Assembly: GCA_051453625.1 (NCBI GenBank)
Contig: JBOZIK010000001.1
Location: 16,474,062 to 16,538,061 of the forward strand
Length of the DNA: 64,000 bases
Origin: Welwitschia mirabilis
Lineage: Eukaryota
Reading direction: 5' to 3'
Position numbers and translations under genes: made by a program. The notes beneath the pieces were generated by a model. It was not told the DNA's origin and ran no database searches. It worked only from the letters and a program-made list of their open reading frames with translations. Of the stretch, positions 10,438-24,500 are shown piece after piece (the first letter of the stretch is position 1; each line of letters opens with the position of its first letter).

Positions 10438-12853
10438 AGTTTGCTAGGAGTTAGAAGGTTTTTACTATCCAGATAAGTACCTTGAATTTTGATTTAAGTT
10501 ATTTCTTTAAAATCATAATATATTTCTACTCTAGATTCCATAGGTTTATTTTTCCACATTTTTTATTTTAGTAGCATTAATAAGACCTCTATTATCTAGA
10601 TGATATAGAAGATAAAAATTTGCATTTAGTGTTATTTTCTATGTTCTACTATAAAATTTTCTATTTTTTAGTAGTGTAATAGAGTGTACATCATTCCCTC
10701 TATCATCCAAATGACGAGTTGTACAACTATTAGTAATAATTCTGTTTCTTCTTTTTTTGCAATTATTTTTTCATTCCATAAAATAACTATTGATCATGTT
10801 CCATATCATCTAGATTACTGACAAGATGATTATTTTACACATCTTCCAAGTGTTAAGGGTCTAAATAATTCTAATAAAAATCTAAAACATCAAAGAGAGT
10901 AGAGCCTGATCTTCATCTTGTACTTATCTTCCTTATCATATTGATTAAATTCTCATGTTTCATCCTTCTCAATTACTTTATTAAATAGTGATAAAAATAT
11001 CATTAAAGAAATTCTCTCTAAAAGGAGGAGAAACTTAAGAGATTTTGAAGAAAATTATAAGAAAACACTTTGATAATTTTTTACAAAAAGAGGATGAATA
11101 ATGCCAAATGTAGTTGAGACTAGGAATTATATTCCTTTCTCTTTTTAACCTCCTTATTTTTTTTCCTCTTCTTTTTAGACTACATAATAGAAATGACATC
11201 TAATGTTTTCAACATTTTATGGATTACCCTCATTTAGAGAAACATCTTATAATTATTGTAGTTAATTAGAATCATCTCCCATGAATTATTATGAAGAAGA
11301 TCCATCTCTTATGAATTACTAAAAGGAAGAAAATTACTTAATAAAAAAAAAAAAATTCTCAAAATAAAGAATACACAAAAAGATACCAAAAAGAACCTAG
11401 AAAATCTAATTAAAATACTTTAAGAAACAATGTTACAAAATTAAGATTCTTTTACAATATAACATTCTCAAAACTATCTTACTACATCCTATACTATGGA
11501 GGATGCAAAGAACTTAAGAACAAGTGATAATGATTCTTTCTTTCAAATAGAAGATGAGATTTTGAATTAAACTTCAACATCCCACTTGTTAAAAGATGAC
11601 CAAAATAGAGATAATAATTACTTAACTCAATTTTTTAATAATAAGGATGAGAATGATTATTGATTGGATGATGATATTGATGTATTAGATTATATACTTG
11701 CCATCCATTTACTACTAGAAAATCTAGATGAGAAATCTATTCACGAAGAATCTAAAAATTGTTCAATATATGATAAAGATAATGCTCGCATTTTTCTTAA
11801 AGACATTTTAATGAATCTAATAACTTAGAGAATGAAGCAAAATCCAATAAGAGAAGTAAGATATAGTCAAATACAATGATGAGGAAACTGAAAAGAAAAT
11901 TCAATAGAACAATAATGAAGACATCATTTAAGAAAAGGAGTAATATAAAGGACCCATAGAGATTTAATTAAACATAATGGAGGATAGACATGTTTATTTT
12001 ATCAATGTTTCTCCACTTATTCCATCTATGAGTTTATGTAAAACTCTAAATCACATCCTTCCTTATACTTCCACTTCTACATTACCTTGTGATCTTGATA
12101 ATGATCATCTTTTTCTATCTTTTTTATTTGAACCTTCATGTAATTCTCCAAGTTACATCACTTTCCTTAACTTTCATAAAACCCATAATTTTAAAGATTC
12201 TATTTCTAATATCTTTTAATCTCCTCCTTTAAAACTCCATGTAATACTCAAATTAATATCCTTTCCTCTTTTCAAAAGTATAACTTGGGATATATTGGAA
12301 CTTTGGAGGTAAATCTTATCTTATTAATAATAATCCATGCTTATAATTAAATTTTAATGAGCTTCTTAATCTTATTAAACATTATATAAAGCCTTTAAAA
12401 ACTTATTGGATTCATTTTTTGAGCAGTTCCTTGAATGAATTATGTAATGATAATCATGATTTACAATGTTCTACTAAGATATTATTTGTTAATGAAATTT
12501 ATCTCTTCTTCATCTCTTATTTAGATTTTGAAATCTATGCTATCAATATTTTATTCTTTCACTCTCTTTTTCTCTAATTAATTTTACTCCAAAATGTTGT
12601 ATATATTTTATATTATATAAATTTATTTCTATTTGATTTTTCCCTTTTTTTTTAAAAAATTACAATACCCAAATGCATCCTACATAACTAGTTAACCTAT
12701 AAATAGTGAGTTAATTATCTTTTAAAAATATTACATTCTAATAGCTTAGTTAAAATATCTAATTTAAACACTTAGAAAATTCAGAAGTTAATAGATAAGG
12801 GTTGAAAAGCTATGAAGCACTTATCAATCAAACATCAAACATGATATAAGCAC

Positions 12854-14096
12854 TATTGTAGTGCATATTTTTATAAATGATTATGCTCTAAGAAGATCCT
12901 ATTATTCATAAATAAATATATATTTGCATAGAACAATATACTAATATATATGGAAGCTGATCCAAATATCATATTCTCATTAAAGATGGAGGCAAGAAGC
13001 AAGAGAATTAATTTAAATATGAAACACTTCAGTAAAAATGAATAACAATGCATAAAATAATAATGCAAACATACTTATGTAAATATAAGCTAAGTGTAAT
13101 TTTCATCTGATTATTGTATCATCTTATCACAGATATCGGCCCTGTATAATCTAGATTAATCCAAAATGTCATCATTAGATTGAGATCAAACTAAGCTATT
13201 AGGTACATTAAACAGAATAGAAAACAATGCAAAGTTAATCTAGGAAAGAAATGCAATGAACCTAAATTAATAATGATAAACCTTAAAAAAGTTACCCTCA
13301 TAATCTATATCACTTAAGAAGTTATCATGGAATCAGAAGTAACCTAAAATATTAGGGATATGCATATAATAAGCATAAAAAAAATAGAAAAGAGTTTTTT
13401 AAATTAATTTTAAACCAACATCATGTTACAAAGCATTTGCATCTCAATAGAGGAAGCACAACTGAACACCAAGGAAGACATCTCTCTACAATTACAAAGG
13501 ATGGATTTCCAATCCTTCAATCTCCTGTTATGAGAATTTCTAGTGAAAGCTAAGACAAGTAGAAGTCAAGATCATATTTCATACTTATTAATAAAAACAG
13601 ACTCAAAAATAAATAAAACAAACAAACATGGACATAACCCTAATAACCACATAAGAAACACAGAGACAAATGGCCAAAGTTAGGTAAAGTTTAGTAAAGT
13701 GTTATTTTAGATGTCATTCTACTAATTGTCTAGATAGTATAGGATATGATGCCTTCTCATAAGAATTCCATGTCATTTACCAATATGATTCCAATTAAAA
13801 TCCTTATTGGCTTAAATTTTTTATCATCTCTATAGTTACCTAGACAATAAGGTGGACGAGAGATTTTTTATAAGTGTTTATGTAATGCATTAGCCTTAAT
13901 GTTTATAGGAAGTTTACTTTAAAATAGAAAATATTATAAACTACTTTAAATGCTATAAAATATCATGAATATTGTATGATTTTGTATTTTTCATCTCAAC
14001 TCTCCATTATCATAGAAATCTAGCATAAATCTATCTAATATCTTACAAAAATACTCAAAATACCCTATCAAATATATGCAAGTTGGTAGTGTAACA
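12854..14096 (-). repeat. 3' LTR of Athila-like element C1
   Basis: Runs tattgtagtgcat...gtaaca, colinear with 21472-22726 over about 1.25 kb. Followed by the PPT complement tagcattccactt. Confidence 0.9.
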
Positions 14097-14629
14097 TAGC
14101 ATTCCACTTAGTCTTATTAGTTCCTAATAAAACTAGGTAGTTAATCATGATTGTAAATCAACTTGTTCAACAATAAAAACAACTAAGGTATTGAAAAATC
14201 ATCTCAAAAAGTTTTTCAAAAATCTCAAAAATATAGACTGAGTTATATAAAACTAGAAAACTAAACATCTTACTTATTTGAGTTATTAACCATATCATCA
14301 TTTGGATCATCGTCTAGATGATATGGAGGACAATAGGCTAAAAAATTATTCTTGAATAATGGAAACATATAATAAAAATTTTTAGATAAATAGTCGACAA
14401 ATACACTAATAGTTAAAAGCTCCCCACTGAAATGTACAACAAATAAGTACAATGATCACAAAAAAATATAATAAATCCTCATTATAAAATGTGAAAAGAA
14501 AGATAAGCATGAAAATTAAATAAAAGTACATTATGCTAAATTCAAAATAAGATGTGTATATATATAATCATGAGTTTTAAGTACAAAATGGTATAGAGGG
14601 AAAGATACAAAATATGACAAAATGACTCC

Positions 14630-15880
14630 CCTCAATGCCTCATGGTAAACTCAGTATAAGAAGTAACCTTAGCTATAGGAGGAGAATATAGAGGATGCTC
14701 AGGAACTATAGGAAAACAGATCTAATGATGTAGAAATGGAGTGAACCATCTCATCTCCCTATACACAAATTATCTCTAGAAGGTAAACTATCACACTCTA
14801 CTCAATGAATATGATGTGTTAACATTCATTGACTATCTACTTTTTAAAGTGCTAAACTCTTCTCTCAACTATTTGGATCTTCTGCTTTAGTGTCTGTATT
14901 CTCTGATTAATTTTTTAGATACCTCTATTAATAAAATCCCTGATGATCTTTTTGATCTATACTAAAAGGGCCTGGATCTTCTCTAATGTAACTTCAACCA
15001 CAGGAATCCAAACCTGAGGTCTCCTTACCTCTCTTCATATCTGTATAATCATGTCTTGAAGATAGTAAGAAAAAGTCTAAATATGCATAAGATACTATTC
15101 ATCCATAGGATCTGGTATCCCAAGCCATTGAAACATGGATTAGAGGATTCATGAATATCCTAGAGTTTGTAGCTATCGTGCCTTAGCCATAAAGTTAAGT
15201 CTCCTTCATATAAAAGTTAGTAAATCAATCTCTCATCATGCATGAATGTTGCCAATATCTAAAGGTATGTAACCATGGCATAACTGTCATGAAATGATGG
15301 GATTATGTTATAAATCAGCCCTCTGTGTAATACTATATAAGCAAGAGTCAACAGTGTAATAAGAACACCCTGCCTATCTAATGTCAAGTTTAATGAGATG
15401 TTTAGTGCTATGCTATATGTACAATGCTCCTTTATACCACTAGCAGAATGAATATACAAGCTCGCGGTACCATCTTAATCTATAATTTCTGCAAAATGGT
15501 TTAGAATCATTGTGATCTCATGGTCCTATGTCAATGCTACAATCATACCCACAAGGTAAACATGAGGATGTGGTTGTCACTCTATGTGCATCATGTTGTA
15601 AAATTCTCTAGTCTCTGATACCTAATATGTCCCATATAGATTTAGAATCTAATGGAGCTAGAAATTGAAAAGCCTCTGATCAACGTTTAGCTCTAATCTT
15701 CTCATGAAATCTCTAAAGTATCTCTCAACACAGATGGTAGTTATCTAAATCATAAGCAAACATTTGTGTTAAGGTAGGAGATGCATAAGCTCCACATGCT
15801 CTACCTTAGGTGGTACTAATGGGTTCACCTCCTAATTTATAGCTTCAACCTTAGCCTTAGCCTATCTAGCATATGAGGCC
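14630..15880 (-). pseudogene. Decayed additional (env-like) ORF downstream of pol in C1
   Basis: Higher-GC coding-like block in the 3' region, colinear with 23230-24500. Minus strand reads GTY*VSETREFYNM near 15590-15635, resembling the EFY motif of Athila/Sirevirus extra ORFs. Confidence 0.55.
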
Positions 15881-18024
15881 TACTCAATTAAAAATAAATA
15901 AAAACTTATGCAAAATCTAGTAGATAAGCTAAATACGTTGCATGAATGCTTAAAAACAATCTTAAAATCAATTAAAAATGTAAAAAATTATTAAAATACA
16001 CCTTGTTCCCTCTTAAAGATGTTAATACATCCCCTATTTCTTAGTCATGACAAGAAAATTTTGAAATGCACAAAAAATGGAAAAATAGCTTTTTAAGTAG
16101 GCCCCACATAAGGTAAAAATTCAAAGTGCTCAAATAAAAAATCTAATTTAGTAGAACTATAGAACATGTCTAATTGATTAATTTACTCTAAAGGACTACT
16201 ACATTTTTACCTATAGTTTGCGAAAAATCAAGTGTGAACAATAAAAACCTAGACTTTTCTCATAAAACACACAATTGATTATATCTTTCAAAATATGTAG
16301 TGAAAATTAAATTCGTAAGTTCCAAATCGAAGAGCATAAAAACCTAATTAACATAAAGGGAAAATACATGTAAAAAGTTTAAAGCATAAGAAAAAAATTG
16401 AAAAAAAATAAGGGAGAGAAAAACATACCTCATTTTCAAGAATTCGCAAAAATCAAGAAAATCTAAAAGTGAATCTCATAGGAACAAGATCTAGTGCATT
16501 GGTGAGAACCAGTGGAATTATTGTCTCTCAAAGAAATAGATGAAAATAATAAAGAAATAAAAAGAAAATAAGAAAAAAGGATTTGGGTTGTGATTCTAAA
16601 TGACAGCCCTAGGACGACTCTCAGAATAAATCAAACTGTAGTTTGCCTATGTCATCTAGATGATAAGGTAAATGATGGAACTTTGAAAAAGTTTACAAAA
16701 ATAAACATGTTAGTTAAAAAATTTAGGCTCAAATATTATCGTGAAGGTACCATAATTTATTAAAAAGCTTGAAAAAACATGGAATAAGAAACAATCATGA
16801 AAATTAAAATAAAGTAAAAAAATCAAAACAAATGAAAAATAAGATTGAATAAAACATACTAACTAGGCTGAAACTTGACAAGAAAAACTAAATAAATGTA
16901 TCTAAACTAAAAATTAAACAAGATAAAGTATAAAAATCTAAAAGATACAAGGAAGCTTATAAAAGCTATGAAACATAAAAGATTTTCTATTTAATTCTAA
17001 TGCTAAAAGAAAATGATATGTTATGAATGAATAACAAAGAAACTACTAAATGATAAGGTCCTATGTAAAGATGAGAAAATGTGGAAACAACTTTAAATTA
17101 ACAAATTAAAAAATCAAAGAAAATTAAAATGAAAATAAATTTAAGAAACATGAAAAAGATTTCTTACTTGTTCTAAATTCTAATCTAACAAATCCCCATG
17201 GAAGACATCATAAAACGACTTAAGTAAAAATACATGAAAAAATGTATAAACTTCATAAAGTTCCACTTGAAAAGGTAGTGATTATAATGATACCAAAGAT
17301 TTACATTCTTAGAGAAATGAATAATAAGATCAAAAGATACTCAAATATAAGCTCACCTACTCACATCCTAAAGCACACTCAAATTCTTAAAAGTAAAATG
17401 ATCATGTGGGAATGCTAAGAGTCTAGAAAATAAGCAATGCCTCTAATAATACTAGGAATACCACTAATACCATAGCCTCAAAGTTTATTATAACTTTAAC
17501 CATACCTAGAAAAATGAGAACTCATAAAGCATGGTTAACAAATCTCCTAGGGTAGTTTTCATAGCTATCAACACTGCCAAACGTTCCTTTTGAAAAAATT
17601 TATCCTAGTGCAGTAGGACATTATGGTAATCATGTATTTTTTAAAGCATAAATAAAATAGATCATGATCATTATTTCTTTTTCTCTCTCTTTCTTTTTTT
17701 TGTTTTTTAAATAATGCCCACATGATCACATACTCAAAAAGATAAAGGTACATAAGTAAGATGAAAGATAGAGAAGAATTCTTCTAAACAGCTAAAGACC
17801 TTACACCATTGAAAAACAAGTATAAGAACTAAGGCATATTCTTTTAAAGTGAAGTTCATAGATATGGAAAAGTCTCAAGATTGGATGAATCAAATCTTAT
17901 CATTATAAAATGCCCAAGTATGAATACTAGTCATGGAAACTTCATAAAGTAACACATAAGTCAAGTTTAAAAGATGATCAATTGACATCATAACATTCAT
18001 CAAAGGAATACACTAAGAAAGAAT

Positions 18025-19236
18025 TCAGATAATGATAAGATGAAAGTCCTTCTCATTGAGAAAAACCTCCAAAATAAGTTCTTCTACCATGTTTAAGATT
18101 GCATCAAAACAAATTTTGTATGGTTTCAACCTTTTTCCATTAACTTTGTGAATCTTTTTAGTTTCCAAGTTGGAAATCTCAACAGAGCCATTAGAATGCA
18201 CTCTATTTATAAGATAAGGACCTAACCATTTAGAGGTCAAATTGTTATTTAAAATATATACTTTAGTATTATATAAAAGGATAAGTTTACTAGGTTTAAA
18301 CTTTTTGTAAAGTAACTTTCTATCATGTTTGAACTTAGTTTGGCTTTGAAGATTAATTGATTATGTATAGCATGAGTACATTTTTCATCAAGATGATATA
18401 ATTAGACTAATCATATTTAAGATTCTCATAAAGATCTATAATATTAAGTTGATAAAAAGTACAATAAGATTTATAACATACATTAATAGGTAAAACATAA
18501 AATTTTTCATATATAAGTTTATAAGATGAAAAACCAATAGAATTACACAAGTAGTATGGTAAGCCCAAAGAACATTGTTAAGCTTAGAAGTCAAAGATTA
18601 TTATGTATAGAGATAAGCTTTTATAACATTTTTTAATTTCTCTATTTGCATTTTCAGCTTGACCATTAGTTTGTGGATGATAAGCACAAGCTACTCTATT
18701 CTATTTCAATGGACAAGAGAAATTTTCTAAAATGTTGATTTATAAGATGAGCACCTTGATCATTAATGATAATCTTAGAAAAACTAAATCATTGAAAAAT
18801 ATGAGTTCTAAAAAAAGTACAAACAATTCAGGCATCATTCAAAGAAGTAGAAATAGCTTCAATCCATTTAGTAACATAATCTAAGCCACTAAAATGTAAT
18901 TTTTATCATTATATAATAGGTATATACGGCCAATAAAATCAATTCCTCAACAAAAAAAAGTTCACATTTAAAAATAGATCTAAGGGACATATCTTGCACA
19001 TGAATAAGGCTATTATAACATTGACAAGAATCACACTTTTTAGCAAAATCAAAAGAATCCTAAAAAAGAGTAGGCCAATAAAAACTAAAATTAAGAATTT
19101 TCATAGCTATTTTCTATCCATTAAAATGACCTTCAAAATACCACTATGAAAAAGATAAAGGATATCAGATTTTTCCCAATTAGACACACATTTTCATATA
19201 ATTTAATCTTTATATCTATGATAAATATATGGCTCT
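18025..19236 (-). pseudogene. Gypsy integrase remnant of C1
   Basis: ORF fragment TSKWLGPYLINRVHSNGSVEISNLETKKIHKVNGKRLKPY (GPY/F region), with core motifs upstream. Confidence 0.9.
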
Positions 19237-19336
19237 NNNNNNNNNNNNNNNNNNNNNNNNNNNNNNNNNNNNNNNNNNNNNNNNNNNNNNNNNNNNNNNN
19301 NNNNNNNNNNNNNNNNNNNNNNNNNNNNNNNNNNNN

Positions 19337-20720
19337 ACTTGTAGAAGTTGAAACCTCATGGGTAGGAGGTATTATCTCATTTCCACTTATTATCATAATC
19401 TTACAATCTTTCTTAACTTCATTTGAATTTAGTAGAACTTATGTAGTAAGTGATCCTTGTGGTTCTTGACTAGTAAGTATAGCTTATTATAAAATACTAA
19501 CCAAATTTGCAATGTTGGAATCTATTCTTTTTTAGGTTTTTCTTAACTCATTAATGGAATTCTTGAGTGAATCACTTTGAGTTTGTCAGTTGGGTGAGCT
19601 TACTTGATTATTAAAGTTATTTGGTTGGAAATTTACATTTTTAAATCTTTTTCTAAATGGTTGAAAATTAGAATGATCTATTTGAAAATTTTTAAAATTT
19701 AGTTGTCCATTTATCCTGAGTTAAAAATTATTTTGATTTTGGATTTCACTTTGGTTTTGGTTTTGATTATGATTTTCAAAGTATGAAAATCTTTTATTAA
19801 AAGAATACACTTCTTCACAAATTCTTTTTTTGTATGTTGGAAATAAAGTATAATCTTTTATCACATCATAGTTATCTTCGGATAAATCGCAAGTTAGAGG
19901 TATAGCCATATTTTTTTCTGTGGCCACCTTTGCATCTAAGATCATCTGAGTGTATTTCTTTAAAGTTGATGTAAAATCCTTAATAACATTATTTGGTTCT
20001 TTTTTAGTTTTTACTTTCTCCTTCTCTTGCTTAACTTTTTTAAGACCTTTAATGAGTTGATCTACTATATGATTTTCTCTAAGTGAGGGTTTAGAACAAG
20101 TTTGACTCACTTCCACTAGCTCTTTTAACTCTCTAAGAATTTTCTAATGTAAGGTTCATCAAATTTACCTCTCATAAAAAATTAAAAAGTTGCTTAGTTT
20201 GACTATTGAGTCCACTATAAAAGTATTCTACCAATTCTTCTTAATAAAAAGCATATACAGGATTTGAATGTAAAGAAACAAGAAATTTCTTATAGGTGGA
20301 GGCATAATCTTCATTAGGCTATTGCTGAAAGTTAGTTACTTATTTCTTACATTTTCTTATGATTGTTTCACTCATGAGTCTTTTTATAAAAGCTTCTTGA
20401 ACTTGACTTCATATTTTTAGACTCTTATAGGGATTAGTTCTTAATTAAAGTTTAGCTTTTTCTTTTAAAATAATGGGAAAAATTACCATGAGAGTTCTAT
20501 CACCTATTCTATTATTACCATTTCCAAGAGTAAGTACTAACTATTTGATATCGACAATATGTTATAAAGGATCTTCATCATATTCATCATTAAAAATAGT
20601 GTAAGCATTTAAATTCTTAAGTTCAACATTATCATCAGGAGGTAAATCAAAAGAGGTTTGTATTTTACATTTTTTTTTTAGCTATAAGCTCTCTAAAGGT
20701 GATATTGGCATTAGGATTTA
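19337..20720 (-). pseudogene. Gag remnant of C1
   Basis: Lies between the PBS/5' UTR and pol. 131-aa fragment at 19721-20116 with an N/Q-rich tail. Colinear with the gag of element F (SFNLP--DDVELKNLN). Confidence 0.7.
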
Positions 20721-21450
20721 TGTGCATAGTTGTAGAAAATCCAATAATAACGGATGGATTAGGTGAAGCGACCTGCTTTTACTTTTGTCACAAACTAGAC
20801 ATATTTAAAAAATAATTTTCTTCTAAACTATTATATAAACAATCTTCTAAAAATTTTTCTTTTACGAAATCAGATTCTAAAGAAATAAATTCAGAAATTG
20901 GAATTTTTAAAATACTTTTTGTACATTCGAAGTCAATCAAAACTTCTCAGATGTTTTTTTTAATGAATAACCACCCTTTTTTTATGAATAACCACCCTCT
21001 CTGATATTTTTATTTCTTAATAGATTTTTCATATCCCAGAATGCTTAAGTTTTATGTTACGTTATTTTTGTAATCGTCCAAATGATAGTCTAGATGACAG
21101 AAAACATAGAAAATACAAAAAATAAAAAATGTGAAAAAAATAGAAGCATGACATAGAAAAGACTAAAGATAGACTATCATCCTTTTAAGTCATCTAGATG
21201 ATAGAAGAGATGATAAGAAAATCCTAATTTTTAAGGAAAGTGAAAAATTCAAGGCATAGCCTTCATTAGCACATGTCATTTAGATGATAGAGTAGATAAC
21301 AAAACATTTATTTTAGAACATAAAATAGAAACTATGAAAACGAAAACCTACCTATTACAGCTAAAAGTATAATGCTATTACATGCAAATATCTAAATTGA
21401 AATTCAAGCACTCACCTGAGTAATGATAATCTTTAAATTCCAAGTAGCCT

Positions 21451-21468
21451 TTCTCGATAACAATGCCA
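21451..21468 (-). other. Primer-binding site, tRNA-Asp type (decayed), C1
   Basis: Minus strand reads tggcattgttatcgagaa versus tggcgccgttgccgggga, adjacent to the LTR end at 21472. Confidence 0.8.
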
Positions 21469-21471
21469 AGA

Positions 21472-22726
21472 TGTTGTAGTGCATAATTATACAAATGATT
21501 ACACTCTCAAGAAGATCCTATTTTCACAAATAAATATAGATTTTGCACAACATAACATACTAATATAGATGAGAGTTGATTCAAATGTTATATTCTTGTT
21601 AAAGGTGTAAGATAGAAGAAAGAGAATTAATTTTAAGATAAAACACTTATATACTTTAATAGTAAGAATAAATAATAATGAATAAAATAATAATGCAAAC
21701 ACATTTATACAAATCTAAGATAAGTATAATTTCCATCCAATTACCAGATTGTCCTATCAAAAAGATCATCCTTACATAACCCAGATCAATCAAGAAATAT
21801 TATCATAGATCAAGAACAACCTAAGCTATCAGGTACATTGAACAAAATAGAAAACTATGTAAAGTTAATTTAGGAAAGAAATATAATGCATCTAAATTAA
21901 CAATGCTCAATCTTAATAAAGGTTTTCCTCATAATCTATATTACTTAAAAGGATATCATGAAATCAAAAGCAACATAAACTATAAGGGATATGCACATAA
22001 TAAGAATAAGAAAATAGAAAAGGTTTCTTTGAATTAATTTTGAATTAACGTCTATGTTATAAAGTAGTCACACATTAATGGAGGAAGCACAACCCAATAC
22101 TAAGAAAGACATTTCTTTGTAACTATAATGGATGATTCTTCAGCCCTTTGATCTCCTGTCACAATAATTTTTAGTGCAAGCAAAGAGAAGTATAAGTCAA
22201 GGATGGAGTCTATACTTATTAACAAAAACAAAATCACAAAGAAACAAGACAAATAGGCATGGATACAATCCTAATAATCATACAAGAAACACAGAGACAA
22301 ATGGATGGAGTTAACTAAAGTTTAGTGGAGCATTATTTCAAATGTCATCTTGCTTGTCATCCAGATAATATAGGAGATGATACCACCTCATAAGAATTCC
22401 ATGTCATCTCCCAAATTAATTTTAATTAGCATCCTTATTGTTTTAAATGTTTTATTATCTATACAGTCATCCAGACAATAAGGTGAATGATAGGATTTTA
22501 CAAGTGTCCATGTAATGCATTAGCATTAACATTTGCAAGAGGTTTACTTCAAAATAGGAAATATTGTAAACTACTTTAAATGTTGTAAAATATCATGAAG
22601 ATTATATATTTTTATATCCTTCATCTCATATCTCCATTATCATACAAATCTAGCATAAACATATTTAATATATAAAAAAACTATTTAAAATATCCTATCA
22701 AATACATATAATTTAGTAGTGCAACA
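21472..22726 (-). repeat. Central LTR shared by C1 (as 5' LTR) and C2 (as 3' LTR)
   Basis: Runs tgttgtagtg...gtgcaaca, with a PBS on the left and a PPT complement (tagtcctccatgt) on the right. Confidence 0.9.
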
Positions 22727-23229
22727 TAGTCCTCCATGTAGTGTTATTTGTATCTAATAAAATTAGATAGTTAACTATGACTATAAATTATATTATCCAA
22801 TAATAAAAACAACTAAGGTATTGAAAATCATCTCAAAATATTTTCAAAAATATCAAAAATATAGAATAAATTGTGTACAAATAGAAAAATAAATGTTTTA
22901 TCTATTTGAGTTACTAGTCATACCATTGTCTAGGTTATTGTCCAGACAATAGACTACAAATGATTCTTGAAAAATAGAAATATGTGATAAAAATTTTTAG
23001 ACAGATATTTAATAAATACACTAATAATTAAAAGTCCCTCACTAAAATGTATAGTAAATAAGTATAATGATCAGAACAAATATAACTAATCCTCATTGTG
23101 AAATATGGAAAAAAGATAAGCATGAAAATCAAATAAAAGTACATCATGCTGAACTCAAAATATATATATATAATCATGATTTTTAAGTACAAAATGTATA
23201 GAGGGAAAAATACAAAATGTGATAAAAAT

Positions 23230-24500
23230 CACTCCCCTCGATGCCTCATGATAAACTCAGTATGGGTAGTAAGCTCAAGTGTAGGAGGAGAAGATGGAGG
23301 ATGCTTCCGATTTATAGGGAAACAAAGGTCTAATGATGTAGAAATAGAGCAAACCATTTTACCTCCCTATACATGAAGTGCCTCTAAAAGGTCAACTTTT
23401 ACACTCTACTTAATAGATATGACGTGCTGGAGTATGTCAACTATCTGTTCCTTAGAGTGTTAAACTCTTCTCTCAATGGTCTAGATCCTCTAATGTTTCA
23501 ATCCTCTAATTAAATGTCTAGATACCTCTATTAATAAAACCTTTGATGATCTTAGTGATCTCTACCAGGAGGGTCAGGATCTATTATAATGTAACTCCAA
23601 CTATAGGTCTTTGAACCTAAGGTCTCTTTTCCTTTCCTAGTATCTATATACTCATGTTCTAAAGATAGCAAGTGGAAGTTTGAATATATGTAAGGTGCTA
23701 CTCATCCATAAACTCTGGTATTCCAAACTATCAAACCATGGCTAAGAGGAGGCATAGATATCCCAGAGTCTATAGCTACAATGCCTTGACCATAGACTTG
23801 AGTCTCCTTTATATAAAAGTTGGTAAATCCATCTGATCATATTGCGTAAATGCTGCTAATATCTAAAGTTTTTTAACCATGATGTAAATGTTATTAAATG
23901 ATGAGTTAATGTTATGAATCAACCCTCTGTGTAATACTCTATAAATAAGAGTCAGCCGTATAATAAGAACATCCTACTTATCTAGTAGCAAGTCTACTAG
24001 AATGTCTAGTGTTATGTCATATGTACAGTACTCCTCTGTACCACCAATAGATTGGATATCTAAGCTCCTAATACCATCTAGATTTGTAACTACCTTAATG
24101 TAATTTAGGAGAATTGTGATCTCGTGATTCTATACCGATGCTATAATCATATCACGAGGTGACCACAAGAATTTGGTCATCACTTTATATGCATTATGTC
24201 ATAAAATTCCATGGTATCTAATATGTGATATGTCCCATGTTCATCTAGAATCCTATGGAGCTATAAATTAAAGAGCCTCTGGTTGACCTCTATTTTGAAT
24301 CTGCTAATGAGATCTCTAAAGTATCTTTTAACATGTATGCTAGTCATCTAAATCATGAGTGAACATTCGTGTTAAGGCAGGGGATGCACAAGCTCCACCC
24401 TCTCTACTTAAATGGCATTAATAGATCTACCTCTTATTCTATAGCTTTAGATTTAGCCTCATCCTATCAATCTCTACACATACGAGGCCTACTCAGTGAA
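23230..24500 (-). pseudogene. Decayed additional (env-like) ORF downstream of pol in C2
   Basis: Paralog of 14630-15880. Minus strand reads HGTYHILDTMEFYDI near 24195-24240. Confidence 0.55.

Larger units (their letters stand above)
9180..12853 (+). mobile_element. Internally deleted Athila-like element B, interrupted at 12853 by element C
   Basis: LTR and PBS, then only about 2.4 kb before the integrase C-terminal sequence. 12780-12853 aligns with the reverse complement of 3343-3420 and ends aacatgatataagcac. Confidence 0.7.
12854..22726 (-). mobile_element. Athila-like element C1 (LTR to LTR; PR/RT/RH fall in the N-gap 19237-19336)
   Basis: Two LTRs, PBS at 21451-21468, gag remnants, integrase remnant, 3.9 kb 3' region and PPT. 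Confidence 0.85.
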
